From Candidatus Methanophagaceae archaeon (lineage in GTDB: Archaea > Halobacteriota > Syntropharchaeia > Alkanophagales > Methanospirareceae), in assembly GCA_003194425.1 (NCBI GenBank), contig PQXB01000001.1:640444-672443 (forward strand): a stretch of DNA of 32,000 nucleotides. Reading direction: 5' to 3'. Of this stretch, positions 15,273 through 24,132 are shown in pieces (the first letter of the stretch is position 1; every line of letters starts with the position of its first letter). Both the position numbers and the translations under genes were made by a program. The notes under the pieces are model-generated. The model did no database searches, was not told where the DNA came from, and was given only the letters and a program-made list of their open reading frames with translations.

Positions 15273-17144
15273 ATGAAAACTGAAAGAGACGAAAAAAGAT
15301 TGGAGAGGCTAAAAGAGAGATTAGGAGAAGGAGTAGGGGCAGAGAACTACCGGAAACTCAGCAAAATCGCTAACCCAGAGCTGCACCTGTTCGTCGCCAA
15401 GTACGTTGAACTCTGCGACCCGGAGAAGGTCTTCGTCTGCACTGACGCGCCCGCAGACATTCAGTACGTCAGGCGAGAGGCAGTAAGAGCGGGCGAGGAG
15501 CAGGAACTTGCGACGCCAGGACACACGGTTCATTTCGACGGCTACTACGACCAAGCACGGGACAAGAAGAACACCAAGTTCCTTCTGCCCGAAGGCGTTG
15601 ATTTGGGTCCCGGCATAAACGCGACGGAACGGGAGGCGGGGCTCGCTGAGATTCACGAAATCCTGCGAGGAATTATGCAGGGGAAGCAGTTGTTCGTGCG
15701 GTTCTTCTGTTTGGGTCCGCTAAAATCCGAGTTCTCAATTCCCGCGGTTCAACTCACCGACTCCGCTTACGTCGCCCACTCCGAGGATTTGTTGTACAGG
15801 CAGGGCTACGAGGAGTTCGTGCGGTTGGGGGAGAGGGCACGGTTCTTCAAGTTCGTGCATTCTGCGGGCGAGTTGGACGGGCGGAAGACCTCCAAGAACA
15901 TCGAGAAACGCAGGGTTTTCATCGACCTTGAGGACGAGACGGTTTTTAGCGCGAACACGCAGTACGGGGGGAACACGATTGGACTGAAGAAGTTGGCGAT
16001 GCGGCCGGCGATAAAAAGGGCGTCAAGAGAGGGCTGGCTGACCGAGCATATGTTTATTATGGGCGTGCACGGTCCTTCGGGGCGCGTAACTTATTTCACG
16101 GGTGCGTTTCCCTCACTCTGCGGCAAGACCTCCACTTCAATGCTGCCCGGCGAGACGATTGTCGGTGACGACATCGCTTACCTCAGGAGCAGGGACGGAG
16201 AGGTGCGTGCGGTAAATCCTGAGAAGGGCGTCTTTGGGATAATTCAAGGCGTGAACTCGGAGGACGACCCGCTGATTTGGAGGACGCTGCACAGCCCGGG
16301 CGAGATTATTTTCTCAAATGTGTTGGTCACTGAGGAGGGGGGCGTTCACTGGATTGGGAAGGACGAAGAGGAGCCAAAATCTGGATTTCACCACTCTGGC
16401 GAGTGGAAGCCGGGAAAGCTCGACGACGAGGGGTTTGAAATCTCGCTCTCGCATCCAAACGCCAGGTTCACGCTTGACCTCCAGCTGCTCGAGAATGTGG
16501 ACCCTGCGCTCAACGACCCCGAGGGCGTGGCGGTAGGGGGAATAATTTACGGCGGCAGGGACTCGGACACGAAGGTGCCGGTTGAGCGGTCGTTCGACTG
16601 GGTGCACGGCGTCGTCACGATGGGTGCTGCGCTGGAGTCCGAGACGACGGCAGCGACGCTTGGAAAAGAGGGGGTGCGGAAAATTAATCCGATGTCAAAC
16701 CTTGACTTCCTCTCGATTCCGCTCGGCAAATATATTAAAAATCATTTGGAGTTCGGTGCAGGGTTGGAGAACCCGCCGCCGATTTTCTCGGTGAATTATT
16801 TCCTGCGAGACCGCAACCGCGAGGGTAAATTCACGAACGAGAAAGCCGACAAGGCGGTCTGGCTGAAATGGATGGAGTTGAGTTCGCACGGCGAGGTTGA
16901 GGCGCTGGAAACGCCTACGGGGCTCGTCCCGAAATACGAGGACCTCAAGCGGCTGTTCAGAGCGGTGCTTGGCAAGGAATATTCCAAGGAGGACTACGCT
17001 CGACAGTTCACGGTCCGAGTCGCCGAGAATTTAGCCAAAATCAAGCGGGTGGTGGAGTTCTACAAGACGAAAGTTCCTGACACGCCGAAGGTCGTGTTTG
17101 AGGTTCTGGAGGAGCAGAGGCGGAGGCTGAAGTCTTCTCTTTAA
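15273..17144 (+). CDS. pckG: Phosphoenolpyruvate carboxykinase (GTP)
   Basis: The kinase-1a motif FPSLCGKTS is present, and collinear conserved blocks run through the full 623-aa length. No repeat insert. Confidence 0.92.
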   Translation: MKTERDEKRLERLKERLGEGVGAENYRKLSKIANPELHLFVAKYVELCDPEKVFVCTDAPADIQYVRREAVRAGEEQELATPGHTVHFDGYYDQARDKKNTKFLLPEGVDLGPGINATEREAGLAEIHEILRGIMQGKQLFVRFFCLGPLKSEFSIPAVQLTDSAYVAHSEDLLYRQGYEEFVRLGERARFFKFVHSAGELDGRKTSKNIEKRRVFIDLEDETVFSANTQYGGNTIGLKKLAMRPAIKRASREGWLTEHMFIMGVHGPSGRVTYFTGAFPSLCGKTSTSMLPGETIVGDDIAYLRSRDGEVRAVNPEKGVFGIIQGVNSEDDPLIWRTLHSPGEIIFSNVLVTEEGGVHWIGKDEEEPKSGFHHSGEWKPGKLDDEGFEISLSHPNARFTLDLQLLENVDPALNDPEGVAVGGIIYGGRDSDTKVPVERSFDWVHGVVTMGAALESETTAATLGKEGVRKINPMSNLDFLSIPLGKYIKNHLEFGAGLENPPPIFSVNYFLRDRNREGKFTNEKADKAVWLKWMELSSHGEVEALETPTGLVPKYEDLKRLFRAVLGKEYSKEDYARQFTVRVAENLAKIKRVVEFYKTKVPDTPKVVFEVLEEQRRRLKSSL

Positions 17145-17162
17145 ACCTTTCTTTAAGAACCA

Positions 17163-17192
17163 TTCTTTAAAAAGAAAGCTTTGCTAAAGAAA
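17163..17192 (+). terminator. A/T palindrome plus CTTTGCTAAAGAAA box downstream of pckG and upstream of porG
   Basis: ttcttt-aa-aaagaa at 17163-17176 is followed by aaagctttgctaaagaaa at 17175-17192. Confidence 0.4.
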
Positions 17193-17218
17193 GAAGAGGA
17201 AAGGCAGAAGAGGGAAAA

Positions 17219-17803
17219 ATGTTGGAAATTTGTGTTTACGGGCGGGGAGGGCAGGGCGGAGTTACGTTGGCGGAGTTGGTCGCACACGCAGCCATCTCGG
17301 AGGGCAAGCACGCCCAATCAATGCCCTCGTTCGGTCCCGAGCGGCGAGGAGCGCCGGTTCTCGCGTTCCTGCGTGTTAGCGGGCAAGAGGAGGGGCGGAT
17401 AAAAATACGGGCAGAGGTCGTAGAGCCGGACGTTTTGGTCGTTCTTGACCCGGGGTTACTTCAGGTCGGCAGTGTCGTCTCGCGTCTAAAGAAAAGCGGA
17501 ACAGCGGTGGTCAACACGAAGAAGACGCACGAGGCGATGAAATCCAAGTTTGAGGGAGAGGGAGGAGGGGGAGAGGGCGTGAAAAGAGTAGCAAAAGTAG
17601 CGACAGTGGACGCGATGGGAATTGCAAGGGCGGTTCTGGGACTGCCGATTGTAAATACGACGATGATTGGGGCGTTGGTGAAGGCGACGGGGGTCGTTGA
17701 GTTGGCGTCGCTGGAGGAGCCGATGCAGGAGCGGTTCGGGAAGGTTGCAGCGAAGAACGTTGCAGCGATGAAAAAGGCATACGAGGAGACGGAGGTGAGT
17801 TAA
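17219..17803 (+). CDS. porG: 2-oxoacid:ferredoxin oxidoreductase gamma subunit (Por/Vor type)
   Basis: N-terminal YGRGGQGGVT motif and gamma-subunit length. There is an EGEGGGGEG insert. Confidence 0.85.
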   Translation: MLEICVYGRGGQGGVTLAELVAHAAISEGKHAQSMPSFGPERRGAPVLAFLRVSGQEEGRIKIRAEVVEPDVLVVLDPGLLQVGSVVSRLKKSGTAVVNTKKTHEAMKSKFEGEGGGGEGVKRVAKVATVDAMGIARAVLGLPIVNTTMIGALVKATGVVELASLEEPMQERFGKVAAKNVAAMKKAYEETEVS

Positions 17804-17804
17804 A

Positions 17805-18095
17805 ATGAGTGGAGGAGAATTAGGTTGGAGGGATTTGGAGGTTGGTTTCGTGGTTACCGAGCCTGGCAACGCTGCGGCGTACAAGACTGGCGACTGGCGG
17901 TCGGAGAAGCCGGTGCGAGAGAATGAGAAGTGCATAAAATGCGGGATTTGTTTCATTTACTGCCCCGAGGCGTGCATTGAGGAGACCGAGGACGGGTTTT
18001 TTGAGGCGAACCTGTTTTACTGTAAGGGCTGTGGGATTTGTGCGCACGAGTGCCCGAGAGCGGTGATAACGATGGTTGAGGAGGCGGAGGAGTAA
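17805..18095 (+). CDS. porD: 2-oxoacid:ferredoxin oxidoreductase delta subunit (2x[4Fe-4S] ferredoxin-like)
   Basis: Two cluster motifs are present: CIKCGICFIYCP and CKGCGICAHECP. It starts 1 nt after the porG stop. Confidence 0.85.
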   Translation: MSGGELGWRDLEVGFVVTEPGNAAAYKTGDWRSEKPVRENEKCIKCGICFIYCPEACIEETEDGFFEANLFYCKGCGICAHECPRAVITMVEEAEE

Positions 18096-18124
18096 GAGAA
18101 AGCGGAAATTTGAGGAGGGTTAAG

Positions 18125-18340
18125 ATGGGTGGGCGGGGTTTAAAAGAAGAGGAGGCGAAAAGAGTGGAAGTCTCGAACGAGGACACCTACGAGAGCGTGC
18201 TGGAGAGACTGGGGATAAATCCGGTGGAGGTGGTCGTGCTTCGCGACGGCAAGCCGGTGCCGGAGGACGAGAAAGTAGTTGTTAGTGGGAAAAAGGGAGA
18301 GGTAAAAATAAAGATCGTCAGAATTGTGTCCGGCGGGTAA
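18125..18340 (+). CDS. ThiS/MoaD/SAMP-like beta-grasp protein with a C-terminal Gly-Gly
   Basis: The 71-aa product ends ...IVRIVSGG then stop. The internal pattern LGINPVEVVVLRDGKPV...V is typical of the family. gaggaggg lies 7 nt upstream of ATG 18125; the track ORF starts at TTG 18110. Confidence 0.55.
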   Translation: MGGRGLKEEEAKRVEVSNEDTYESVLERLGINPVEVVVLRDGKPVPEDEKVVVSGKKGEVKIKIVRIVSGG

Positions 18341-18373
18341 AAAGTAAAGAAAAGAAGAAAGGGGAGGGATAAA

Positions 18374-19894
18374 ATGGGGGGCAACCTTTTGAAGGGCTTG
18401 GCGGTCTTGGGTGTGGTTCTGTTCTTAGCGATGCTCGTAAGTTGCGTGGTGCCTTGTGTTGCGGTTAATGGAGAATTGGGTGAGAAGAAAATGAAGGAGC
18501 CGTCAAGCACTCTGACGCTGACCGTCCTGAACGAGACGACCGCATTCGGAGAGTGGCGCATTTTTTATCCCTGCGAGCACGCAGGGGTGGGAGCGGGACA
18601 CCTGCGGTTTGCACACGAACTGCTTGAAAATAACAGAGAGGGCGTTGAGAAGGGAATGGAAGACCTCTTCTTGCAGGATGTTGAGGCGGTACAAATCGCA
18701 AAAGAGGACGAGACCCTCGTCGTTCGATTCAATCTTAAAGCAGACTACACAAACGGTTTTGCGACAGGAAAGTACAAATCCAGCTACGAACTTGCCGAAT
18801 ATTCGCCGACTTTTGTAAGTGTTTTAAAGATTGTGCTGCCTCAAGAAAAGAGAGTAGTAAGCGTGAACCCAGGACCAAACGAGTTCAAAGTGAGTGAGAA
18901 GGAGAATGAACTGGTGTATTTTGACTACAATTGGATTTACCCGTTGGAAATCGGCTACGCGGAAAAATCGGGTGCTGGTGTGCCTAAAATCGGAAAAGAG
19001 TGGAAGTTGCCGAAACTCCCTTCTTCTGCCGATATTCTTGGTGGAGAGGAAGAGGAGGGTTTTAGAGAAATACCTGGAAATGATTATTCACGCTTTGCGG
19101 GACCTGGTCTTTGGGTTGGCACTGGGACAGACTCGGTTCCTGGGACTTCTAAAACCGCAAAGGGGGTTGCAAACGAGTACAAGCCGTGGTTGTATTTGTG
19201 GAGTTCAATCCTTGATCAATGCCCGGATGCTGTCTTTTATCGTGTTGTCAAAGGATATGATGTTTATGCGGGATTTGATGCATTTTTGATACAATATTTT
19301 GCATATTGGGAGTGCCAAGATTGTGTCCCTGGGCACGACCACGATTATGAGCCAATCTTCGTCTGGGTGAAAAATATTGGGAAAAGACCTTACAGGGTGG
19401 CTTACGACCACTGGGATTTGTCAAATTGCCACACGCACGAGATACACAGAAACAAATCTTATCTCTGGTCTTCTACCTCAGACGGCGTGTATGAAGTCCC
19501 TGAAGGCACGCACACAAACGAGAAGGCTTACTACCCCTTCGGGAACGCGTCTTACAACGGCGATGATTTTGGCGCCGAGTTAATTCTTCATACTCTTCCT
19601 GCCTCGCTCCAAAACAACTGGGACGTGAATCATGTCAGGCTCGGAATAACAAACTGCTGGCACACTTTCGATACTGATATCACTGGTTCAAACTGTGGCG
19701 ATTATTCATTAGCGCCTCTAAACGATAATGAATTGATAACAGCATATCGTCTCGAACTGGATGAGATTGACATAATTTGGTGTCTCTGCGGTATCGAGGC
19801 GTTTAAATACGATGTCTCAGACCTTTTGAGTGGGTCTTCTGGGAAGACCACTACCACAGAGACCACGAATTCCCCTCGCTCTCTGCGGCGATAA
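18374..19894 (+). CDS. Secreted/anchored protein of unknown function with an NLP/Vps62-like GHDHDYE motif; probably the N-terminal part of one larger gene
   Basis: N-terminal hydrophobic signal or anchor LAVLGVVLFLAMLVSC. The body is W/H/C/D-rich. The frame ends in a low-complexity tail while frame 1 is already open from 19807. Confidence 0.6.
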   Translation: MGGNLLKGLAVLGVVLFLAMLVSCVVPCVAVNGELGEKKMKEPSSTLTLTVLNETTAFGEWRIFYPCEHAGVGAGHLRFAHELLENNREGVEKGMEDLFLQDVEAVQIAKEDETLVVRFNLKADYTNGFATGKYKSSYELAEYSPTFVSVLKIVLPQEKRVVSVNPGPNEFKVSEKENELVYFDYNWIYPLEIGYAEKSGAGVPKIGKEWKLPKLPSSADILGGEEEEGFREIPGNDYSRFAGPGLWVGTGTDSVPGTSKTAKGVANEYKPWLYLWSSILDQCPDAVFYRVVKGYDVYAGFDAFLIQYFAYWECQDCVPGHDHDYEPIFVWVKNIGKRPYRVAYDHWDLSNCHTHEIHRNKSYLWSSTSDGVYEVPEGTHTNEKAYYPFGNASYNGDDFGAELILHTLPASLQNNWDVNHVRLGITNCWHTFDTDITGSNCGDYSLAPLNDNELITAYRLELDEIDIIWCLCGIEAFKYDVSDLLSGSSGKTTTTETTNSPRSLRR

Positions 19895-19905
19895 ATTCGG
19901 CGGTA

Positions 19906-22629
19906 GTGAACGGCGGAGGTGAAGAACTGACAGTAGAAGTCTCGGTGCTTTACGACAATACAGCCGCGGGCGGGTCATCAGGGAACGCGCTCACGGGTTT
20001 GTGGAAGGACAGGTTCTCTGCCGCGGTAGACGGCGAGTTAATCGGAAGTCCGCGGAGTGTGACCGAAACCGCTGCCGGTCGCTACACCGTGAAATTCGAT
20101 CTCTGTGGGACGAGTCCAGGCACCTACACCTTGGCGTTGAATGTAGCAGACAATTTGAATCACAACTTCGCGGTTGACGACGAAACAATTCTTGTCCAAA
20201 ACAGCCTGCCGACTGCGGATTTCTACTTCTCGCCTTCGCTTCCTTTTGTGGGTGCAGTAGTGAGATTTGACGCTTCAAGTTCCGAAGATTTTGACGGTTC
20301 TATCGTCTCTTACGAGTGGGAGTTCGGTGATGAAAAAAAGGGAACAGGAGTGCTTGTAACACACTCGTACTCGGAGCCGGGTAGTTACGCGGTGTCTTTG
20401 AAGGTAACAGACGACGACGGCGCCACCGACAGAACAACAAAAACGATTGCGGTTAGCGAAGTTTCAAATGTTATTTATGTTCCTGATAACTACGCAACGA
20501 TTCGAGCCGCGGTGTACGCTGCAAATGCAGGGAACACAATCATCGTCCGCGATGGCACCTACACCGAGAATGTGAGGATAGGCAAGCGTTTAACCGTTAG
20601 GTCAGAGAACGGTTCTGAGAGAACGACTGTTCAAGCTTGGTCTTCAGACGACCATGTCTTTGAGGTTGCCGCGGATTTCGTGAACATCTCAGGATTCACT
20701 GTAGTCGGGACAACTGACTATGCTGCTGGAATACTCCTTAAATACACGGATTACTGTAATATCTCTAACAACAACTGCTCTTACAACTCTCGTGGCATTT
20801 ACCTCGAGTGGGGTTCAAACAACAACAGCGTCTCGAACAACACCTGCTCTTTCAACGAAGACTGCGGCATCTCCCTCTGGTTTTCACCCAACAACAGCAT
20901 CTCAGACAACACCTGCTCTTTCAACAACACCTGCTCTTTCAACGGCCTGGGTATCTTCTTGTATGGGTCAACCAACAACGACCTAACAAACAACAACTGC
21001 TCTTTCAACGAATACCGCGGCATCTCCCTCCACTCAACCAACAACACTTTAAGGAACAACCGAATGTCCTACAACCGCTACAACTTCGATGCCTGGGGCG
21101 GCGCCTGGGCCGTGGAGAACGATGTAGACACGAGCAACCTCGTTGACGGAAGACCGATTTACTACCTCATCGGCGCTTCCGACGCTGTTATCGATGCAGA
21201 GACAAATGCAGGCACGGTCTACTGCATTGACTGCGAGAATATAACTGTAAAAGACCTGACACTCACGAACAACAGCAAAGGCATCTATTTCTTTAACACC
21301 ACGAACTCAAGAATACAGAACAACAACTGCTCTTTCAACGGCTACGGCATCCAGCTCTACGACTCAGACAGCAACAGCATCTCTAACAACAACTGTTCTT
21401 ACAACTACTTTAGTGGCATCGTACTCTGGCGTTCAACCACCAACAGCATCGCCAACAACACCTGCTCTTACAACGAGCATGGTGATGGAATCTTGCTCTA
21501 CTATTCGGACGACAGCAGCATAACAAACAACACCTGCTCTTACAACGAGTATGGTGATGGCATCGTCCTCGAGGATTCAAAAGGCAACAGCATCGTCAAT
21601 AACACATGCTCTCACAACTACGACTATGGCATCGTCCTCGAGCGTTCAACCGGCAACAACATCTACCTGAACAATTTCATCAAAAACACAGTTAGTGCTC
21701 TTTCTTGGGGACGCAACACCTGGGACACACTCACAAAACAAACCTACAGCTACAAAGGAAAAACCTACACCAACTATTTAGGCAACTACTGGGACGACTA
21801 CGAGGGAAGCGACGCGGACGGAGACGGAATCGGTGAGACTGCTTACCGTATAGACTACGATGATAAAGACAAATATCCGTTGATGGAGCGGTGGGAGATT
21901 TACTTTGAAGAAGAGAACAAACCGCCGGTAGCGGAGTTCAGCTACTCGCCGGAGGAGCCGGAGGAAAAAGAGGAGGTGAGATTTAACGGCACTGCCTCTT
22001 ACGACGAAGACGGAGCGGTAGAGGGTTACGAGTGGGAGTTCGGGGACGGAGAGAGCGCGGCGGCAGGAGAAGAAGTGGCACACGCTTACCGCGCTGCGGG
22101 GAGCTACGAGGTGAATTTAACGGTAACAGACGAAGACGGAGCGAAGAACAGAACGGCAAAAGTAGTGAGGGTAAGAGAGGAAGCGAAGCCGACGGTCTCG
22201 ATTGCAACAGACAAGCGGGAGTACACCGCAGGCGAAGAGATGCAAATAAACCTAACGATTGCGAATCCGACGGAGGAGTGGCAGCCTGTTATTTTCGCCT
22301 GGTGCCTTGACCTGCCGGACTACCACTTTCAATACTGGCTAATGAAAGAATCGCTTTACCTGCCGCCAGGGTACGAGGAGAAGTTCGCGATTCCGCTTAA
22401 GGTCGGCGACTACGGGTTCGAGTTCAACGCATCGTGGTTCGTCGCTCTTTACAACACGACGACATTTGAGGTTATTTCGGAAGACACAGCGGACTGGCGG
22501 TTCATGTCAGGGACAGGTAAGACGGCGGAAGGAGAAAGGATGCCGGAAGCAAAAGAGATGGTAGAGGAAATGAAGAAGACAATAGAGACAAATTTGACGG
22601 TTCTCAGTGAGATTTTTGTAGAAGCATAG
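19906..22629 (+). CDS. Surface protein with PKD domain, NosD-like parallel beta-helix (PbH1) repeats, second PKD domain and an Ig-like C-terminal domain
   Basis: The PKD signatures are YEWEFGDEKKG...SYAVSLKVTDDDGATD and YEWEFGDGES...YEVNLTVTDEDGAKN. There are at least 12 NNxCSxNxxxGIxL repeats. It has no signal peptide of its own. Its frame is open upstream to 19807. Confidence 0.8.
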   Translation: MNGGGEELTVEVSVLYDNTAAGGSSGNALTGLWKDRFSAAVDGELIGSPRSVTETAAGRYTVKFDLCGTSPGTYTLALNVADNLNHNFAVDDETILVQNSLPTADFYFSPSLPFVGAVVRFDASSSEDFDGSIVSYEWEFGDEKKGTGVLVTHSYSEPGSYAVSLKVTDDDGATDRTTKTIAVSEVSNVIYVPDNYATIRAAVYAANAGNTIIVRDGTYTENVRIGKRLTVRSENGSERTTVQAWSSDDHVFEVAADFVNISGFTVVGTTDYAAGILLKYTDYCNISNNNCSYNSRGIYLEWGSNNNSVSNNTCSFNEDCGISLWFSPNNSISDNTCSFNNTCSFNGLGIFLYGSTNNDLTNNNCSFNEYRGISLHSTNNTLRNNRMSYNRYNFDAWGGAWAVENDVDTSNLVDGRPIYYLIGASDAVIDAETNAGTVYCIDCENITVKDLTLTNNSKGIYFFNTTNSRIQNNNCSFNGYGIQLYDSDSNSISNNNCSYNYFSGIVLWRSTTNSIANNTCSYNEHGDGILLYYSDDSSITNNTCSYNEYGDGIVLEDSKGNSIVNNTCSHNYDYGIVLERSTGNNIYLNNFIKNTVSALSWGRNTWDTLTKQTYSYKGKTYTNYLGNYWDDYEGSDADGDGIGETAYRIDYDDKDKYPLMERWEIYFEEENKPPVAEFSYSPEEPEEKEEVRFNGTASYDEDGAVEGYEWEFGDGESAAAGEEVAHAYRAAGSYEVNLTVTDEDGAKNRTAKVVRVREEAKPTVSIATDKREYTAGEEMQINLTIANPTEEWQPVIFAWCLDLPDYHFQYWLMKESLYLPPGYEEKFAIPLKVGDYGFEFNASWFVALYNTTTFEVISEDTADWRFMSGTGKTAEGERMPEAKEMVEEMKKTIETNLTVLSEIFVEA
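20716..21690 (+). repeat. Coding PbH1 (beta-helix) repeat array with DNA-level identity between units
   Basis: Recurrent strings aacaacaactgctctttcaacg and aacaacacctgctcttacaacga. There is an exact 18-bp tandem duplication aacacctgctctttcaac at 20908-20943. Confidence 0.85.
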
Positions 22630-22640
22630 GTTTTTCTTAT

Positions 22641-22658
22641 CTTTTCTAAAAAGAAAAG
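22641..22658 (+). terminator. A/T hairpin downstream of the surface-protein gene
   Basis: cttttct-aaaa-agaaaag, a 7-bp stem preceded by a tttttctt run. Confidence 0.4.
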
Positions 22659-22671
22659 GTGTAAAGAGAAA

Positions 22672-24108
22672 ATGTCACACGAAATAAACACAAATGTAAG
22701 TCCAGGTGAAGGCATAGTACAAAAGGCGAAGAGAGCGAAGACCGCAGCGATTAAATTGGCGAACGCGACTGCGGACGAGAAGAACGAGGCACTGCTCGGA
22801 ATCGCGGATTCGATTGAAAAAAACCGAGACCAAATTCTCGCAGCAAACAAGAAGGATCTTGAAGTCGCCACGGGCTTAACAGAGGCAGGAAAAATGTCCA
22901 AAGCCCTGCTCGACAGACTAAAGTTGGACGACGCCAAAATAGACGAGATTGTGAGGAGCGTGCGGGATGTGGCGAGGTTAGAAGACCCGGTTGGGAAGAC
23001 GCTCTCCGCGATTGAGTTGGACGAGGGTTTGGAACTCTTTCAGGTCTCCTGCCCAATCGGCGTAATCGGAGCGGTCTTCGAGTCGAGACCGGATGTTTTG
23101 GTGCAGATTTCCTCGCTCTGCCTGAAGACAGGCAACGCGGTGCTGCTGAAAGGCGGGTCCGAAGCACGCAACTCGAACGAGGCTCTCTTTGAGGTGGTGC
23201 GAGAAGCGTCGGTGTCGAACGGGAACGGGTCGGAAGGGGTTGGTGGAGTTCCGGACGGCTGGGTTCAACTGCTCGAGACGCGGGAGGAGGTTGGAGAAAT
23301 GTTAAAGTTGAGCGACTACATTGACCTGCTGGTGCCGCGGGGGAGTGAGGAGTTTGTGAAGTTTATTCAGAACAACACCAACATTATGGTTTTGGGGCAT
23401 TCAGAGGGCGTGTGCAGTGTTTTCGTTGACCGCGACGCGGACTTGAAAATGGCGGAGGAGGTTTGCTACGACTCCAAAGTTCAGTACCCCGCGGTCTGCA
23501 ACGCTGCGGAGACACTGCTCGTGGATTCCGCGGTTGCGAGCGAGTTCCTCCCCCGAATGGTTGAGCGGTTCCTTGAGGCAGGGGTCGAGGTCAGGGGCTG
23601 TTCAAGAACGCTTGGCTTTTTTGACGGGGCGGGAGACGGGGAGGGAGACGGAAAGGGAGACGGGAAGGAAAAAGGGAAGGAAAAAGGGAAGGAAAAGTTG
23701 AAGCCCGCGTCCGAAGAGGACTGGCGGACCGAGTACAACGATTTAATCATTTCTGTCAGGGTAGTAGACGGCGTGGACGAGGCAGTCGCTCACATCAACC
23801 GCTACGGCTCGGGACACACCGACGCGATCGTGACCGAGAACAAGGAGACCGCACTCAAGTTCCTGCGGTTCGTTGACTCCTCCTCGGTGATGCAGAACGC
23901 CTCAACGCGGTTCAGCGACGGGTTCAGGTACGGCAAGGGCGCCGAAGTCGGAATCAGCACGAACAAGGTGCACGCACGCGGGCCCGTCGGGTTGGAGGGG
24001 CTGGTAATTTACAAGTATTTGCTGCTCGGCAAAGGGCACGCAGTCGCACCCTACACAGGCTCTAACGCTAAACCGTTCTCGCACAAACCGCTCTCGAAAA
24101 GTTTTTAG
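22672..24108 (+). CDS. proA: Gamma-glutamyl phosphate reductase
   Basis: The aldehyde-dehydrogenase-type catalytic Cys context is GHSEGVCSVFVD. C-terminal NASTRFSDGFRYGKGAEVGISTNKVHARGPVGLEGL is present. It carries a (GDGx)(EKGK) repeat insert. Confidence 0.9.
   Translation: MSHEINTNVSPGEGIVQKAKRAKTAAIKLANATADEKNEALLGIADSIEKNRDQILAANKKDLEVATGLTEAGKMSKALLDRLKLDDAKIDEIVRSVRDVARLEDPVGKTLSAIELDEGLELFQVSCPIGVIGAVFESRPDVLVQISSLCLKTGNAVLLKGGSEARNSNEALFEVVREASVSNGNGSEGVGGVPDGWVQLLETREEVGEMLKLSDYIDLLVPRGSEEFVKFIQNNTNIMVLGHSEGVCSVFVDRDADLKMAEEVCYDSKVQYPAVCNAAETLLVDSAVASEFLPRMVERFLEAGVEVRGCSRTLGFFDGAGDGEGDGKGDGKEKGKEKGKEKLKPASEEDWRTEYNDLIISVRVVDGVDEAVAHINRYGSGHTDAIVTENKETALKFLRFVDSSSVMQNASTRFSDGFRYGKGAEVGISTNKVHARGPVGLEGLVIYKYLLLGKGHAVAPYTGSNAKPFSHKPLSKSF
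23632..23697 (+). repeat. 5.5 x 12-bp purine repeat encoding GDGEGDGKGDGKEKGKEKGKEK in ProA
   Basis: ggagacggggag ggagacggaaag ggagacgggaag gaaaaagggaag gaaaaagggaag gaaaag. Confidence 0.9.
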
Positions 24109-24110
24109 GA

Positions 24111-24130
24111 AAATTTAGTAAAGCTTTCTC
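24111..24130 (-). terminator. CTTTACTAAA box on the minus strand directly after the aconitase stop
   Basis: The reverse complement reads gagaaagctttactaaattt, nearly identical to gaaagctttgctaaag at 17174-17189. Confidence 0.35.
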
Positions 24131-24132
24131 TG

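Noticed and set aside
19807-19906. Programmed -1 ribosomal frameshifting as the explanation for the split surface-protein gene
   Set aside because: The junction (a gac ctt ttg agt) is not a canonical X XXY YYZ slippery heptamer, and I see no obvious downstream pseudoknot or hairpin. A homopolymer indel, real or from sequencing, is the simpler explanation. It is kept only as a minor alternative.
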